Shown: positions 27,169 through 39,803 of the stretch, piece by piece
Numbering within the stretch: position 1 is the stretch's first letter
Layout of the letters: each line of letters opens with the position of its first letter
Assembly (NCBI GenBank): GCA_003235555.1
Contig: QJVY01000028.1
Location: forward strand, 1-39,803
Length of the DNA: 39,803 nt
Reading direction: 5' to 3'
Source: Ignavibacteria bacterium
Lineage (GTDB): Bacteria; Bacteroidota; Ignavibacteria; UBA10030; SZUA-254
Notes under the pieces: model-generated
Databases searched by the model: none
Seen by the model: only the letters and a program-made list of their open reading frames with translations
Told to the model about the DNA's origin: nothing
Made by a program: the position numbers and the translations under genes

Positions 27169-28889
27169 GCGTTCCGGCCAGCCGACGGCTCCTGTTCCCG
27201 GCCATCCTGATCGCGGCGGTCGCCCTCCTCTACGGCCGCACGCTCACGTTCGATTTCGTCAACTACGATGATTACGACCTCGTCGCCAGGAACACGGAGT
27301 TCCTCGGTGACCCCGGAAACATCCTCACCTCCTTCACCACGCACGCCTTCACGTCGCACCGCGAGGAGAGCGTCTACTACCGCCCCGTCCTGCTGCTGAC
27401 GTTTTTCGCCGACTACTTCATCTGGGGGCTGGACCCCGCGGGGTACCACCTGACGAACATCGCGATTCACATCCTCGCGACGCTCTTCCTGTTCCACCTG
27501 GCGCGCGGGATCCTCCGGCAGCGGGCGGATGGGACGGGGGCCGGGAAAGGGCCGGATCGCGACGGGGGAGGAGGAGAGGACCGGGACGGTCTCACCGCAT
27601 TCGGTGCGGCGCTGCTCTTCGCCGTGCACCCGGTGCAGACCGAGTCCGTGGCGTGGGTGGCGGGGAGGAACGACGCGCTCCTCGGCCTCTTTCTGATCGC
27701 GTCGCTCTTCTGCTACACCCGGCAGTACGAAGCGTCACCGCGGGGGCGCATGATGTTCCCCCTTTCGGCGGCGCTTTTTACCGCGGCTCTCCTCACAAAG
27801 GAATCGGCAATATTTTTCATCCCCCTCTACCCGTTGTATGATCTCACCGTGAAGCGCCGGTCGCCCGAGGAAATCTTCTCGGGACCGGGGCACCTGAGGG
27901 TATCGGTCTACCTGGCGGTGGCCCTGGCCTACCTCGGGGTCCGGTACAACATCTTCGGGGCCTTCATCGGCGCGGAAGCGCTCTACGGGAAAATTCCCCT
28001 GGACAACCGTCTGCTCATGGCCCCCGGTCTCGCCCTGACGAACCTGCTCTTCCTGATCTGGCCCTCCCGCCTCAGCATCACGCACCCCATTGAGAACGTC
28101 CCCTGGTTCGACTGGCCGATGGTACTCGTCGCGGTGGCCGTCACGGCGGGGTTGTTCGCGGTGTGGGGGGGACAGATGAGACGACGGCCCGTCCTCTCCT
28201 GGTCGGCGGCATGGGTGATCGTCGGGCTCGTCCCGCTCCTCAATGTCTTTCCACTCGCCGTGCCGATACTGGAACACCGGCTCTACGCGGTGACCGCGGG
28301 GTTCGCGCTGGCGGTGGCCGTCGCCGCCCGCCCGGGGAAGGGCGCGGCCGCCGTCATCGTCCTGTGCGCCGTCCTCTCGGGATTCACCTGGGCCCGGCTC
28401 CCGGTCTGGCGGAACAGCGAATCGCTCTGGCTCGACGCCATAGAAAAAACGCCCGACGGGGCGAGGGCCTATTTCAACCTCGCGGGGTATTATTTCGAAC
28501 GCGGGGAGAACGACCGCGTGTTTCCCCTCCTGGAAAAATACGTGGCGCTCAGGCCGGACGATTTCCTCGGGTATTCGAAGCTCCGCCAGAGCTACTTCCT
28601 GGCGGGGCGGTTCCGGGAGGCGGCCGCGGTCTGCCGGACCCTCATCGACAGGGACCCCGGCAACGTGGGCAGGTACCTCGAAGCCGGGGTGCTCTTCGAG
28701 CGGATGGGGCTCTCGGACAGCGTGATCGCCGTCTACACGGAAGGGCTCCGCTACGACCCGTCCCTGTATCAGCTCCATAACAGGCTGGGGATGTGGTACG
28801 GGCGGATCGGCGACACGCTGAACTCCAAAAAGCACCTGGCCGCCGCCGATTCGGTGGCCCGTTCCCTTCAGGCGTCCGCGGCCAGATGA
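27165..28889 (+). CDS. TMTC-like GT-C membrane glycosyltransferase with C-terminal TPRs
   Basis: ATGA overlap with GT2. FVNYDD, YYRP, GYHLTN...H, LFAVHP..TESVAW..GR, KE, EHRLY and W.NSESLW...P..AR...NL, followed by TPRs. Confidence 0.85.
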   Translation: MSVPASRRLLFPAILIAAVALLYGRTLTFDFVNYDDYDLVARNTEFLGDPGNILTSFTTHAFTSHREESVYYRPVLLLTFFADYFIWGLDPAGYHLTNIAIHILATLFLFHLARGILRQRADGTGAGKGPDRDGGGGEDRDGLTAFGAALLFAVHPVQTESVAWVAGRNDALLGLFLIASLFCYTRQYEASPRGRMMFPLSAALFTAALLTKESAIFFIPLYPLYDLTVKRRSPEEIFSGPGHLRVSVYLAVALAYLGVRYNIFGAFIGAEALYGKIPLDNRLLMAPGLALTNLLFLIWPSRLSITHPIENVPWFDWPMVLVAVAVTAGLFAVWGGQMRRRPVLSWSAAWVIVGLVPLLNVFPLAVPILEHRLYAVTAGFALAVAVAARPGKGAAAVIVLCAVLSGFTWARLPVWRNSESLWLDAIEKTPDGARAYFNLAGYYFERGENDRVFPLLEKYVALRPDDFLGYSKLRQSYFLAGRFREAAAVCRTLIDRDPGNVGRYLEAGVLFERMGLSDSVIAVYTEGLRYDPSLYQLHNRLGMWYGRIGDTLNSKKHLAAADSVARSLQASAAR

Positions 28890-31128
28890 AACTGCGCCGC
28901 ACATTGTTCGCCGGGGGAATCCTCCTTACATACGCGCTCATTGTAAGCAGGCTCCCGCTGCTGAACTACCTGGGGTACGAGTTCTCCGCGGCCATCGCGC
29001 TCCTGTTTCCGCTGGTGCCGGGGTTGTTTTTCCTCCGCACGTTCGCGCGGAGGGGAGGACCGGAGACAGGTGCGGATACGGGCGGAGTCCCACACCGGCC
29101 GGGGGGGGGCGGTGGGCCGGGGGCGCTCGCCGCGACCGGACTCATCGTGCCGCTGGCGGTGGGATGGATGAACGCCGTTTTCGTGAAAAACTGCTCACCG
29201 GCGGAGGGGGTGGCATGGTTTCTCCTGTTGCCGGGGGCGGGGATGATCTGGGTCGCCGCCCTGGCCTGGTTCTGTTCCGCGGCGTTCAGGCATCGCGTGC
29301 TCTGGTACCTCGGCATCGTCTCGGTCGTGATGGTCCATCCGGTATTGCTGGGTTACCTGACCCCCCGGATCGACTCGTACAACTTCATCTACGGGTATTT
29401 CCCCGGCTTCACCTACGACGAGGACCTGACGATCACCCCGACACTGCTGGCCTGGAGGGGTGTGACGCTCCTCTGTGCCCTCCTGTTCGTCTCCGCGGGG
29501 AAAGTCGCCTCGGCGAGGAGGGGAGGGAAGAAGGCGCGCGTTCCGTCGGTGGTGTTTTTCATACTGTCGGCGGCGGTCGTCACGGTCTGGATTTTCCGGA
29601 CAGACATCGGTTTCGAGACCACGGCCTCATCGCTCCGGCGGACCCTCGGGTCGGCCGCCCACACGCGCCATTTCCGGATCTACTACGACACGGCGGCGGT
29701 ACCGGCCGACGAGATCCGGTGGGTCGCGGCGGAGCACGAGTTCCGGTACGACGAGGTCAGCCGTTTCCTCGGATCGGACACCGGCCGCGTCATCGAATCG
29801 TACCTCTACCCCGACGCCCCTACCAAGCGCCGCCTCATCGGCGCGGGGAACACGGACATCGCGAAGCCGTGGCGGGGGGAGATCCACCTCGACCTCGACT
29901 CCTGGAGGTACACGCTCAAACACGAACTCGTGCATGTGCTGGCGGCGGAGTTCGGCATGCCGGTGATCGGTGCGAACGTCAACATCGGCCTCGTCGAGGG
30001 ACTCGCGATGGCGGCGGGCCCGCCCTTCGGGAACCGCACTCCCGAGGAATACGCCGCCGCGATGGTCCGCTTCGGCATCGTCGACGACCCCGCGGCCCTC
30101 ATCCGGCCCGCTGGTTTCGCCTTCCGGTCCTCGACCGTGAGTTACGTGCTGATGGGGGCGTTCTGCGGGAACCTGATCAGCACGCGCGGCATCGGGCCGT
30201 TCAGGGAGTGGTACGGCGGCGCGTCCCCCCTGGAGGCGTACGGCGTGGACGCGGACTCGCTGGTAGCCCTCTGGCGGGAGTCCCTCCGGAAGATCGAGGT
30301 ACCCGAGAGCTGGAGAGCGCACGTCGAGTACTACTTTAACAGGGGTTCGATTTTTTCACGGGAGTGCGCGCGGACTGTGGCGAACCTCAATGCGCGCGGC
30401 ACCGCCTCGCTGGGAAACAGGGACTACTCGTCGGCGCGGGGGTATTTCAGCTCGGCCCTCGGCGAGAGCTGGAACCCGGGATCGTTCGCGGGGATGGTCC
30501 GCTCGATGATGGGCTCCGGCGACTTCGGCGGCGTCATCAAAATGTTCGTGAACGAATCGGGCGATTCGTTGAAAAGGGGATCGCTTGAGGGCTACCGCCT
30601 GCTCCTCGGCGACGCCCTCCTCGCCCGCGGGGAGTATCCCGGGGCCCTCAGCACCTACCGTGACATCCGCTCGCTGGACCTCTCCCCCGGGATGAACGAA
30701 GCGGTCGCCATGCGCATCGCCGTGACGGAAACGGACGACCTGCGGGAATACCTCGCACCCTGGATCACCGGGACAGCGGGGGATTCCGCCGCACTGGACA
30801 TCGTTTCGGGCCTCGAGAGCGGGGAAAACCCGGCGCTGCTGTCCTACGTGAGGGGGAGGTTGATGCTGAGGCGGAACGATTACGTGGGGGCCGCCCGGGA
30901 GACCGCGAATTTCTTCGCGCCGTTCGCCGATCCCGTCCTGAACGGGGCGATGAACGACGTCACCGCGGCGGCCTTTTTCCGGCTGGGGGATTTCCTCTCG
31001 GCCCGGGTGTTTTTCGAGAGGACGCTCGGATACCGACCGGGGGCGACCCTCGCCGCCAGGACCCGCGACCGCGCCGCGCGGTGCCGGTGGTTTGAACGCG
31101 AGTGGGCGTCGATGGAGTTGACGCTCCA

Positions 31129-31132
<4 letters not shown>
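28886..31132 (+). CDS. Hypothetical membrane protein: N-terminal TM bundle, gluzincin-like HExxH domain, TPR-like C-terminus
   Basis: ATG 28886 overlaps the upstream TGA. About 6-7 TM segments, T.HFRIYY, and HELVH-x20-EGLA (29921 onward). Helical repeat tail. Confidence 0.7.
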
Positions 31133-33519
<2,387 letters not shown>

Positions 33520-33520
<1 letters not shown>

Positions 33521-34950
33521 TGGGGACGGATATCCGGTTCGGCACCGACGGCTGGCGGGGGCGCATCGCGGAGGACTACACCTTCGACAATCTCCGCCGG
33601 TGCGCGCAGGGTTTCGCGGACTACCTGAAGTCGGCCTACCCGCCGGAGGGCGTGAAAAAGGGCGTCGTCATCGGCGGTGACCGCCGGTTCCACTCCGAGC
33701 ATTTCGCCTCGGCGGCGGCCGAGGTCCTCGCCGCCAACGGCATCCCGGTGCACTACTGCGGCGGCGGTGTCCCGACGCCCGTGATATCGTTCAGCGTGAA
33801 GCTGCGCGACGCGGTCGGCGCCATCAATATCACCGCGAGCCACAATCCGCCGGGGGACAACGGTTTCAAGGTCCGTGACGAAAACGGCGGGGCCATCGCG
33901 CCGGAAGGGTTGAAGAAGATCGAGGCGTCGATCCCCCCCGATATGGCGGGGGTCCGGGGGATGAAATTCGACGACGCGGTCACAGCGGGGGTGATCATGG
34001 ATTTCGACGCCGGGGACGAGTACGCCGCCCGGCTGAAAAGCCTCGTCGACCTGGAGAACATCAGGGCCGCCGGGCTGAACGTCCTCGTGGACCCGATGTG
34101 GGGAAACGGCGCCGGATGGTTCACCCGGCTGATCGGCGGCGGCCGCACGCGGATCACCGAAATCCATTCCGGGCGCAACCCCATCTTCCCGGAGATGACC
34201 CGGCCGGAACCGATCCCCCCGAACGTCGACCCGGGGCTGAAGAAGGGCCGGGAGATCGGGGCGGACGTCGTGCTCATCACCGACGGGGACGCGGACCGCT
34301 GCGGCGTGGGCGACGAGAACGGGATCTTCATCGACCAGCTGAGGGTGTACGCCCTCCTGGCGCTCTATTTCCTGGAGGTGCGCGGCGAGAGGGGGGCGAT
34401 CGTCAAGACCCTTTCGACCACCTCGATGCTCGACGCCCTCGGGAAAAAATTCGGCGTCCCGGTGCACGAAACCGGCGTGGGATTCAAGTTCGTGGCGCCG
34501 AAGATGATGGAGACGGACGCGATCATCGGCGGGGAGGAGAGCGGCGGGTACGCCTTCCGCGGGCACGTGCCGGAGCGGGACGGCATCCTGGCGAATCTCT
34601 ATCTGCTCGACTTCATGGTGAGGACCGGGCTGAAGCCGTCGCAGCTGCTGAAAAAACTCTTCGACACGGTCGGCGAACACCACTACGACAGGATCGACAC
34701 CGTCATCGACGCGTCGCAGAAGGAGCCGATCCTCGCGCGCCTGAAGTCGAACCCGCCGAAAAAAGTGGCGGGGCTCGACGTGGCCCGGACGAACCTCACC
34801 GACGGGTTCAAGTTCATCCTCTCCGACGGTTCCTGGCTGCTGGTCCGTTTCTCGGGGACCGAACCCCTGGTCCGGATTTACTCGGAGGCGGGGAGCACGG
34901 CCGCCGTGAAGAAGATCCTCGAAGACGGCCGGAAGATCGTCCTGGGCTGA
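33520..34950 (+). CDS. Phosphoglucomutase/phosphomannomutase family protein
   Basis: TAATG coupling to eno. [29 protein letters not shown] and RFSGTEP. Confidence 0.95.
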
Positions 34951-34980
34951 GGGCGGCCCCGGACCCCCCGTGCAACCAGG

Positions 34981-36285
34981 ATGACCCCCAGGCCACACCC
35001 CGGCGATCCCGCCCCCGTCAGGACCGGCATCCGCCGGAACCTTAGCCGGTTCATCCTCCTCGTCATCGTCAACGCCTTCGTCGGCGCAATGGTCGGGCTC
35101 GAACGGTCCGTCCTGCCCCTTCTCGGCGAACAGGAGTTCGGTCTCACGTCGCGCACCGCCATCCTCTCCTTCCTCCTGACGTTCGGCGTGGTCAAGGCGC
35201 TCACGAACCTCTTCTCGGGCCGGTTCGCCGACACCGCGGGCAGGAAAAAACTGCTCGTCGCCGGCTGGCTCTTCGGCCTGCCGGTTCCCGTGCTGCTCAT
35301 GTACGCCCCTGACTGGTCGTGGGTGGTGGCGGCCAACCTCTTCCTGGGAGTGAACCAGGGGCTCTGCTGGTCGATGGCCGTGGTCATGAAGATCGACATC
35401 GCGGGGCCCGAACGCCGCGGGTTTGCGACAGGCGTAAACGAGTTCGCCGGCTACGTCGCGGTCGCCCTCGCCGCGTACGCGACCGCGGGGATCGCCGCCG
35501 GGTACGGATTGCGGACGGCGCCCTTTTCGATCGGTCTCGTCATCGCCGTCACCGGTCTCCTCCTCTCGGTGTTCTTCGTCCGCGACACGAAAAAGTTCGT
35601 CGAGTCGGAGGCCGGCTCCGACCGGGAGCCGGCGCCGGAAGGCGAACCCGCCACCTTCGGACAGGTGTTCGCGCTGACGTGGCGCGACCGGAGGTTCTTC
35701 GCCTGCCACCAGGCCGGGATGGTCAACAACCTGAACGACGGCATGGCGTGGGCGATGTTCCCGCTCTACTTCGCGTCGCTGGGATATTCCCTCCCGGCGA
35801 TCGGTTTCCTGACCGCCCTCTACCCGGCGGTCTGGGGGGTGTCGCAACTGCTCACCGGGCCGTTGAGCGACCTGATCGGCCGGCGCGGGCTCATCTCCGC
35901 GGGGATGATCGCGCAGGCCGGGGGGATCTGGACGATCGTCTCCGGAACCGGATTCACCGCGGTCGCGGCGGGAAGCGTCCTGCTTGGTCTCGGGACCGCC
36001 ATGGTCTACCCGACCCTCCTCGCGAGCGTCAGTGACATCGCAAGACCCGCGTGGCGGGCCGGCGCGCTTGGCGTGTACCGTTTCTGGCGCGACATCGGAT
36101 ACGCCCTCGGGGCGCTGCTGGCCGGCGCGCTGGCGGATCTCTTCGGCACCGTCACGGCGATCGCCGGGGTCGGCCTGGTGACGTTCGCCTCGGGCGTGCT
36201 CGTTTTTTTCCATCACCACCGGGATGAACCGTTCGGGCGGGGCGCGGCGGCTGGTGCGGGACAGGGCCGCGGCCGGTCGGGATAG
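34981..36285 (+). CDS. MFS transporter
   Basis: About 12 TM segments. Motif A in both halves (GRFADTAGRKK; GPLSDLIGRR). Confidence 0.92.
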   Translation: MTPRPHPGDPAPVRTGIRRNLSRFILLVIVNAFVGAMVGLERSVLPLLGEQEFGLTSRTAILSFLLTFGVVKALTNLFSGRFADTAGRKKLLVAGWLFGLPVPVLLMYAPDWSWVVAANLFLGVNQGLCWSMAVVMKIDIAGPERRGFATGVNEFAGYVAVALAAYATAGIAAGYGLRTAPFSIGLVIAVTGLLLSVFFVRDTKKFVESEAGSDREPAPEGEPATFGQVFALTWRDRRFFACHQAGMVNNLNDGMAWAMFPLYFASLGYSLPAIGFLTALYPAVWGVSQLLTGPLSDLIGRRGLISAGMIAQAGGIWTIVSGTGFTAVAAGSVLLGLGTAMVYPTLLASVSDIARPAWRAGALGVYRFWRDIGYALGALLAGALADLFGTVTAIAGVGLVTFASGVLVFFHHHRDEPFGRGAAAGAGQGRGRSG

Positions 36286-36291
36286 ACCACG

Positions 36292-37139
36292 ATGAAACGC
36301 ATAGCGATCATCACCTGCACGGTCCTCCCGGAGCCCGACCCCGACCAGGGGCCGCTGATGGCGGCCCTCCGCGGTGCGGGCCTCCACGCCGACCTCCTCC
36401 CGTGGGACGACCCGTCGGCGGACCCGGCCGGTTACGACCTCTGCGTGCTGCGGTCGTGCTGGGATTACTATAAACACCCGGGGGGCTTCCTGAAATTCAT
36501 CGACCGCGCCGCCTCGTCATCGCGCCTGGTGAACCCGGCGGGGGTGGTCCGCTGGAACCACCACAAGGGCTACCTGCGGGAGCTCTCCTCGGCCGGGGTC
36601 AGCGTCATCCCCACCGAGTGGTTCAGCCGCGGCGAGGAGGCGGAGCTGGGGATCATCATGTCCAACAGGAAATGGGAGGACGTGGTGGTGAAACCCTCGG
36701 TGTCGGCTTCATCGTACAGGACGAGGCGATTCCGCGCGGACGAGTTCAGGGAGGGCGCGGTCTTCCTGCGCGAACTGCTCAGGGACCGCGACGCGCTCGT
36801 GCAGAAGTACATGCCGTCGGTCGAAGGGGAAGGTGAAAAGGCCGTCGTCTGGATTGACGGTGCATTCACGCACGCCGTCGTGAAAGCGCCGAGGTTCGAC
36901 GACGGGGTCGAATCGGTGTCGGAGGCGGTGGAGATTTCCCCCGAGGAACGGACCCTCGCGGAAAGGGCGATGGAGTGCGTGAAAGGGGAACTGTTGTACG
37001 GCAGGGTGGACGTGGTCAGGACGCCGGGGGGAAGACCCGTCGTCTCGGAATTCGAACTGATCGAACCGTCGCTGTTCCTGGTGCAGCACCCCCCGGCGCT
37101 CGAACGGCTCGTCGCGGGGATCGTGAGGCTCTCGGGAGC

Positions 37140-37143
<4 letters not shown>
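36292..37143 (+). CDS. ATP-grasp ligase (glutathione-synthetase/RimK-like, DcsG-type subfamily)
   Basis: LRSCWDY, N...VRWN.HK.YL, VVKPSVS, LVQKYM, GE, YGRVD and EFELIEPSL. Confidence 0.8.
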
Positions 37144-38237
<1,094 letters not shown>

Positions 38238-38263
38238 CGTGGCGGGGTTTTTATCGGGAGGGT

Positions 38264-38704
38264 TTACATGGGCGGGGTCGACATCCGGGGAGCGATCTCG
38301 TCGCGGTAGAGCGCGGCGAAGCTCACCCTGATTTCATCGCGCACCTTCCTGAACTTCCCCGTCACCTCCTCGTCGGTGCCCCTTGCTTCAGCCGGGTCCT
38401 CGAACCCGATATGGAGGCGTTGCCGGACCGACCCTGTGAAGACGGGGCAGGTTTCGTTGGCATGATCGCAGACCGTCACGACGTAGTCGAAGGGCCGGGA
38501 AAGGAATTCGTCGACGGCCCTGGGCCGTGCCGCCGAAATGTCGATCCCGGTTTCCCGCATCACCGCCACCGCCTTCGGGTGGACTCCGGAGGCGGGACTC
38601 GTCCCGGCGGAGTGAACCTCGAGACGGGGGTCGAAGGATCTGAGGAAGCCTTCGGCCATCTGGCTGCGGCAGGAATTGCCGGTGCACAGGATCAGTACGG
38701 TCAC
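38264..38704 (-). CDS. arsC: Thioredoxin-coupled arsenate reductase (LMW-PTP fold)
   Basis: CTGNSCRSQMAEG P-loop, SAG, TVCD.A.ETCP (second and third Cys) and FEDP. Directly upstream of acr3. Confidence 0.93.
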   Translation of the reverse strand: MTVLILCTGNSCRSQMAEGFLRSFDPRLEVHSAGTSPASGVHPKAVAVMRETGIDISAARPRAVDEFLSRPFDYVVTVCDHANETCPVFTGSVRQRLHIGFEDPAEARGTDEEVTGKFRKVRDEIRVSFAALYRDEIAPRMSTPPM

Positions 38705-38719
38705 GGGGTCGCGCGGTTA

Positions 38720-38764
38720 TACATTCGGATGTGCGAATATAATCATCGCCCGCCGCATCTCCAA
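38720..38764 (-). promoter_or_regulatory. Promoter and putative ArsR-type operator for arsC-acr3
   Basis: Minus strand TTGGAG(38764-38759)-N17-TATATT(38741-38736). Imperfect inverted repeat TACATTCG-N6-CGAATATA (38720-38741) covers the -10 and the predicted +1. Confidence 0.6.
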
Positions 38765-38779
38765 ACCGGAAGGCGGGCT

Positions 38780-39268
38780 TCACATCCAGGGTTCGTCGCC
38801 CGAAGGCCCGTAGATCGACGGGACCTTTCCGTCGGCCATCCGCAGGTAGACCGAGAACTGGCCGCGGTGATGGATGGTGTCGTGCAGCATCAGCCAGAGG
38901 ACGTCCGCCCTCCGCACGTCCGACATGGTTTTAGGGCCGGAGGGAAATTTCATCATGGACCGGAAATCCTCGTCGGTCATCTTCCTGACCTTTTCCACGT
39001 TTTGCGCGTGTTTTTTCGCGTAATGTTCGATGACGTCCCCGATCCCACCCGGGGGAGGGGGCGTCGGTCCGAACTCGACCTTCCCGCTGGCCGCGACTTC
39101 CGCAAAGAAGGATTCTTCGTGCACCATCCTCCAGGCCAGTTCGTGTGCATCGGGGCATTTCTGGTGGGGCCGGAGCTCCTTCTTCCCGGCCGGGTAGGCC
39201 TTCAGGACTTTGAGGGTTTTCGCGAATTCCTGTTCCCACGTTTCGAGGAACTGCTGTCGTTCCGCCAT
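38780..39268 (-). CDS. DinB/YfiT-like four-helix-bundle protein
   Basis: AAAGGAG RBS. E...T.KVL.A.P, H.IHHRGQ.SVYLR..G.VPSIYGPS.DE. Confidence 0.9.
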   Translation of the reverse strand: MAERQQFLETWEQEFAKTLKVLKAYPAGKKELRPHQKCPDAHELAWRMVHEESFFAEVAASGKVEFGPTPPPPGGIGDVIEHYAKKHAQNVEKVRKMTDEDFRSMMKFPSGPKTMSDVRRADVLWLMLHDTIHHRGQFSVYLRMADGKVPSIYGPSGDEPWM

Positions 39269-39372
39269 CGGGTGTCTCCTTTCGTCGATAATGCGTTGTT
39301 GGGTCGTTGGTTGGATGAAAAGTGTAGAGAATTCCGGCAGTGCGTCCGGTCGGGAACCCCGTTCGTGCCCTG

Positions 39373-39381
39373 ATTATAACA
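39373..39381 (-). promoter_or_regulatory. Extended -10 promoter for the DinB-like gene
   Basis: Minus strand TGT-TATAAT (perfect TGn-TATAAT). No good -35. Confidence 0.55.
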
Positions 39382-39450
39382 CCGTTACCGAAAAATCATT
39401 CCCGCCCGCCGAATGCCCGTCTTTCTCCGGCCTCCCGGCAGGGGATTTTC

Positions 39451-39479
39451 TTGCCTCGAATTTCAATTTTCCATATATT
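39451..39479 (+). promoter_or_regulatory. sigma70 promoter for the actA-like gene
   Basis: TTGCCT-N17-TATATT in an AT-rich intergenic region. Confidence 0.65.
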
Positions 39480-39591
39480 TTCCCGGTTTCGGAAACGGTA
39501 AAACCTTCACGGATCCCCAATTCCAATCATCAGTTTCATCTTGTTCGATTCACATCAACCGACCCGCGCGGAGAAAGGTCCGGTCGCCTGA

Positions 39592-39803
39592 ATGGCGCAG
39601 ATCTTTCACCCCGGAATGAAGGTCGTCTCGAGGGCGTCGATCATCCTCTTCGTCATCGTCGTGACCGTCCTGGTCGTCGTGGGGGGCGCCATGTACCGTT
39701 CGGGGTACACCACGAACGTCGGAAACCCGCGGGAACAGAAGGTCCCCTTCAGCCACGAACACCACGTCAACGGTCTCGGCATCAGCTGCGCGTACTGCCA
39801 CAC
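39592..39803 (+). CDS. actA: 3'-truncated multiheme cytochrome c, alternative complex III subunit ActA-like (absent from the ORF track)
   Basis: My translation: MAQIFHPGMKVVSRASIILFVIVVTVLVVVGGAMYRSGYTTNVGNPREQKVPFSHEHHVNGLGISCAYCH. This gives MAQIF, one TM helix, Q..PFSH.HH and a first CxxCH. The frame runs off the window. Confidence 0.85.
   Translation, partial: MAQIFHPGMKVVSRASIILFVIVVTVLVVVGGAMYRSGYTTNVGNPREQKVPFSHEHHVNGLGISCAYCH

Noticed and set aside
34981-36285. MFS as ArsJ
   Set aside because: No gapdh is adjacent, it is on the opposite strand from the ars genes, and it does not show the ArsJ N-terminal pattern as I recall it.
39484-39512. GTTTC-G-GAAAC palindrome or Rex-like box near the actA promoter
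   Set aside because: Only 5-bp arms and a poor match to TTGTGAA-N4-TTCACAA.

Overview
GC-rich bacterial chromosomal segment, densely coding, with about 33 CDSs and no tRNA, rRNA, CRISPR or IS element that I can support. A T9SS-type C-terminal sorting domain (QNYPNPFNP), the start of an alternative complex III operon (actA-like), a Mur[10 protein letters not shown] loop and canonical sigma70-type promoters point to an Ignavibacteria-like or other FCB-group organism (inference). Housekeeping genes (purC, rlmN, adk, tmk, murA, eno, phosphohexomutase) are interleaved with many envelope proteases (PrsW, an M16 pair, M1, S41, a membrane gluzincin), a GT2/GT-C/TMTC-like glycosylation cluster around murA, and a dinB-arsC-acr3 block with no arsR. 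The most notable signals are three. (1) A secreted caspase-fold protease with an EF-hand-like loop, split from its T9SS tail by a -1 frame change at about 8810, right after the catalytic domain. (2) A SigW-like ECF sigma factor whose stop codon is part of an exact sigmaW-type promoter (TGAAAC-N16-CGTA) in front of a toast-rack envelope protein, with no anti-sigma gene beside it but a PrsW-family protease in the same window. (3) A TMTC-like putative protein glycosylation locus. All calls come from reading motifs by eye; no database searches were run.
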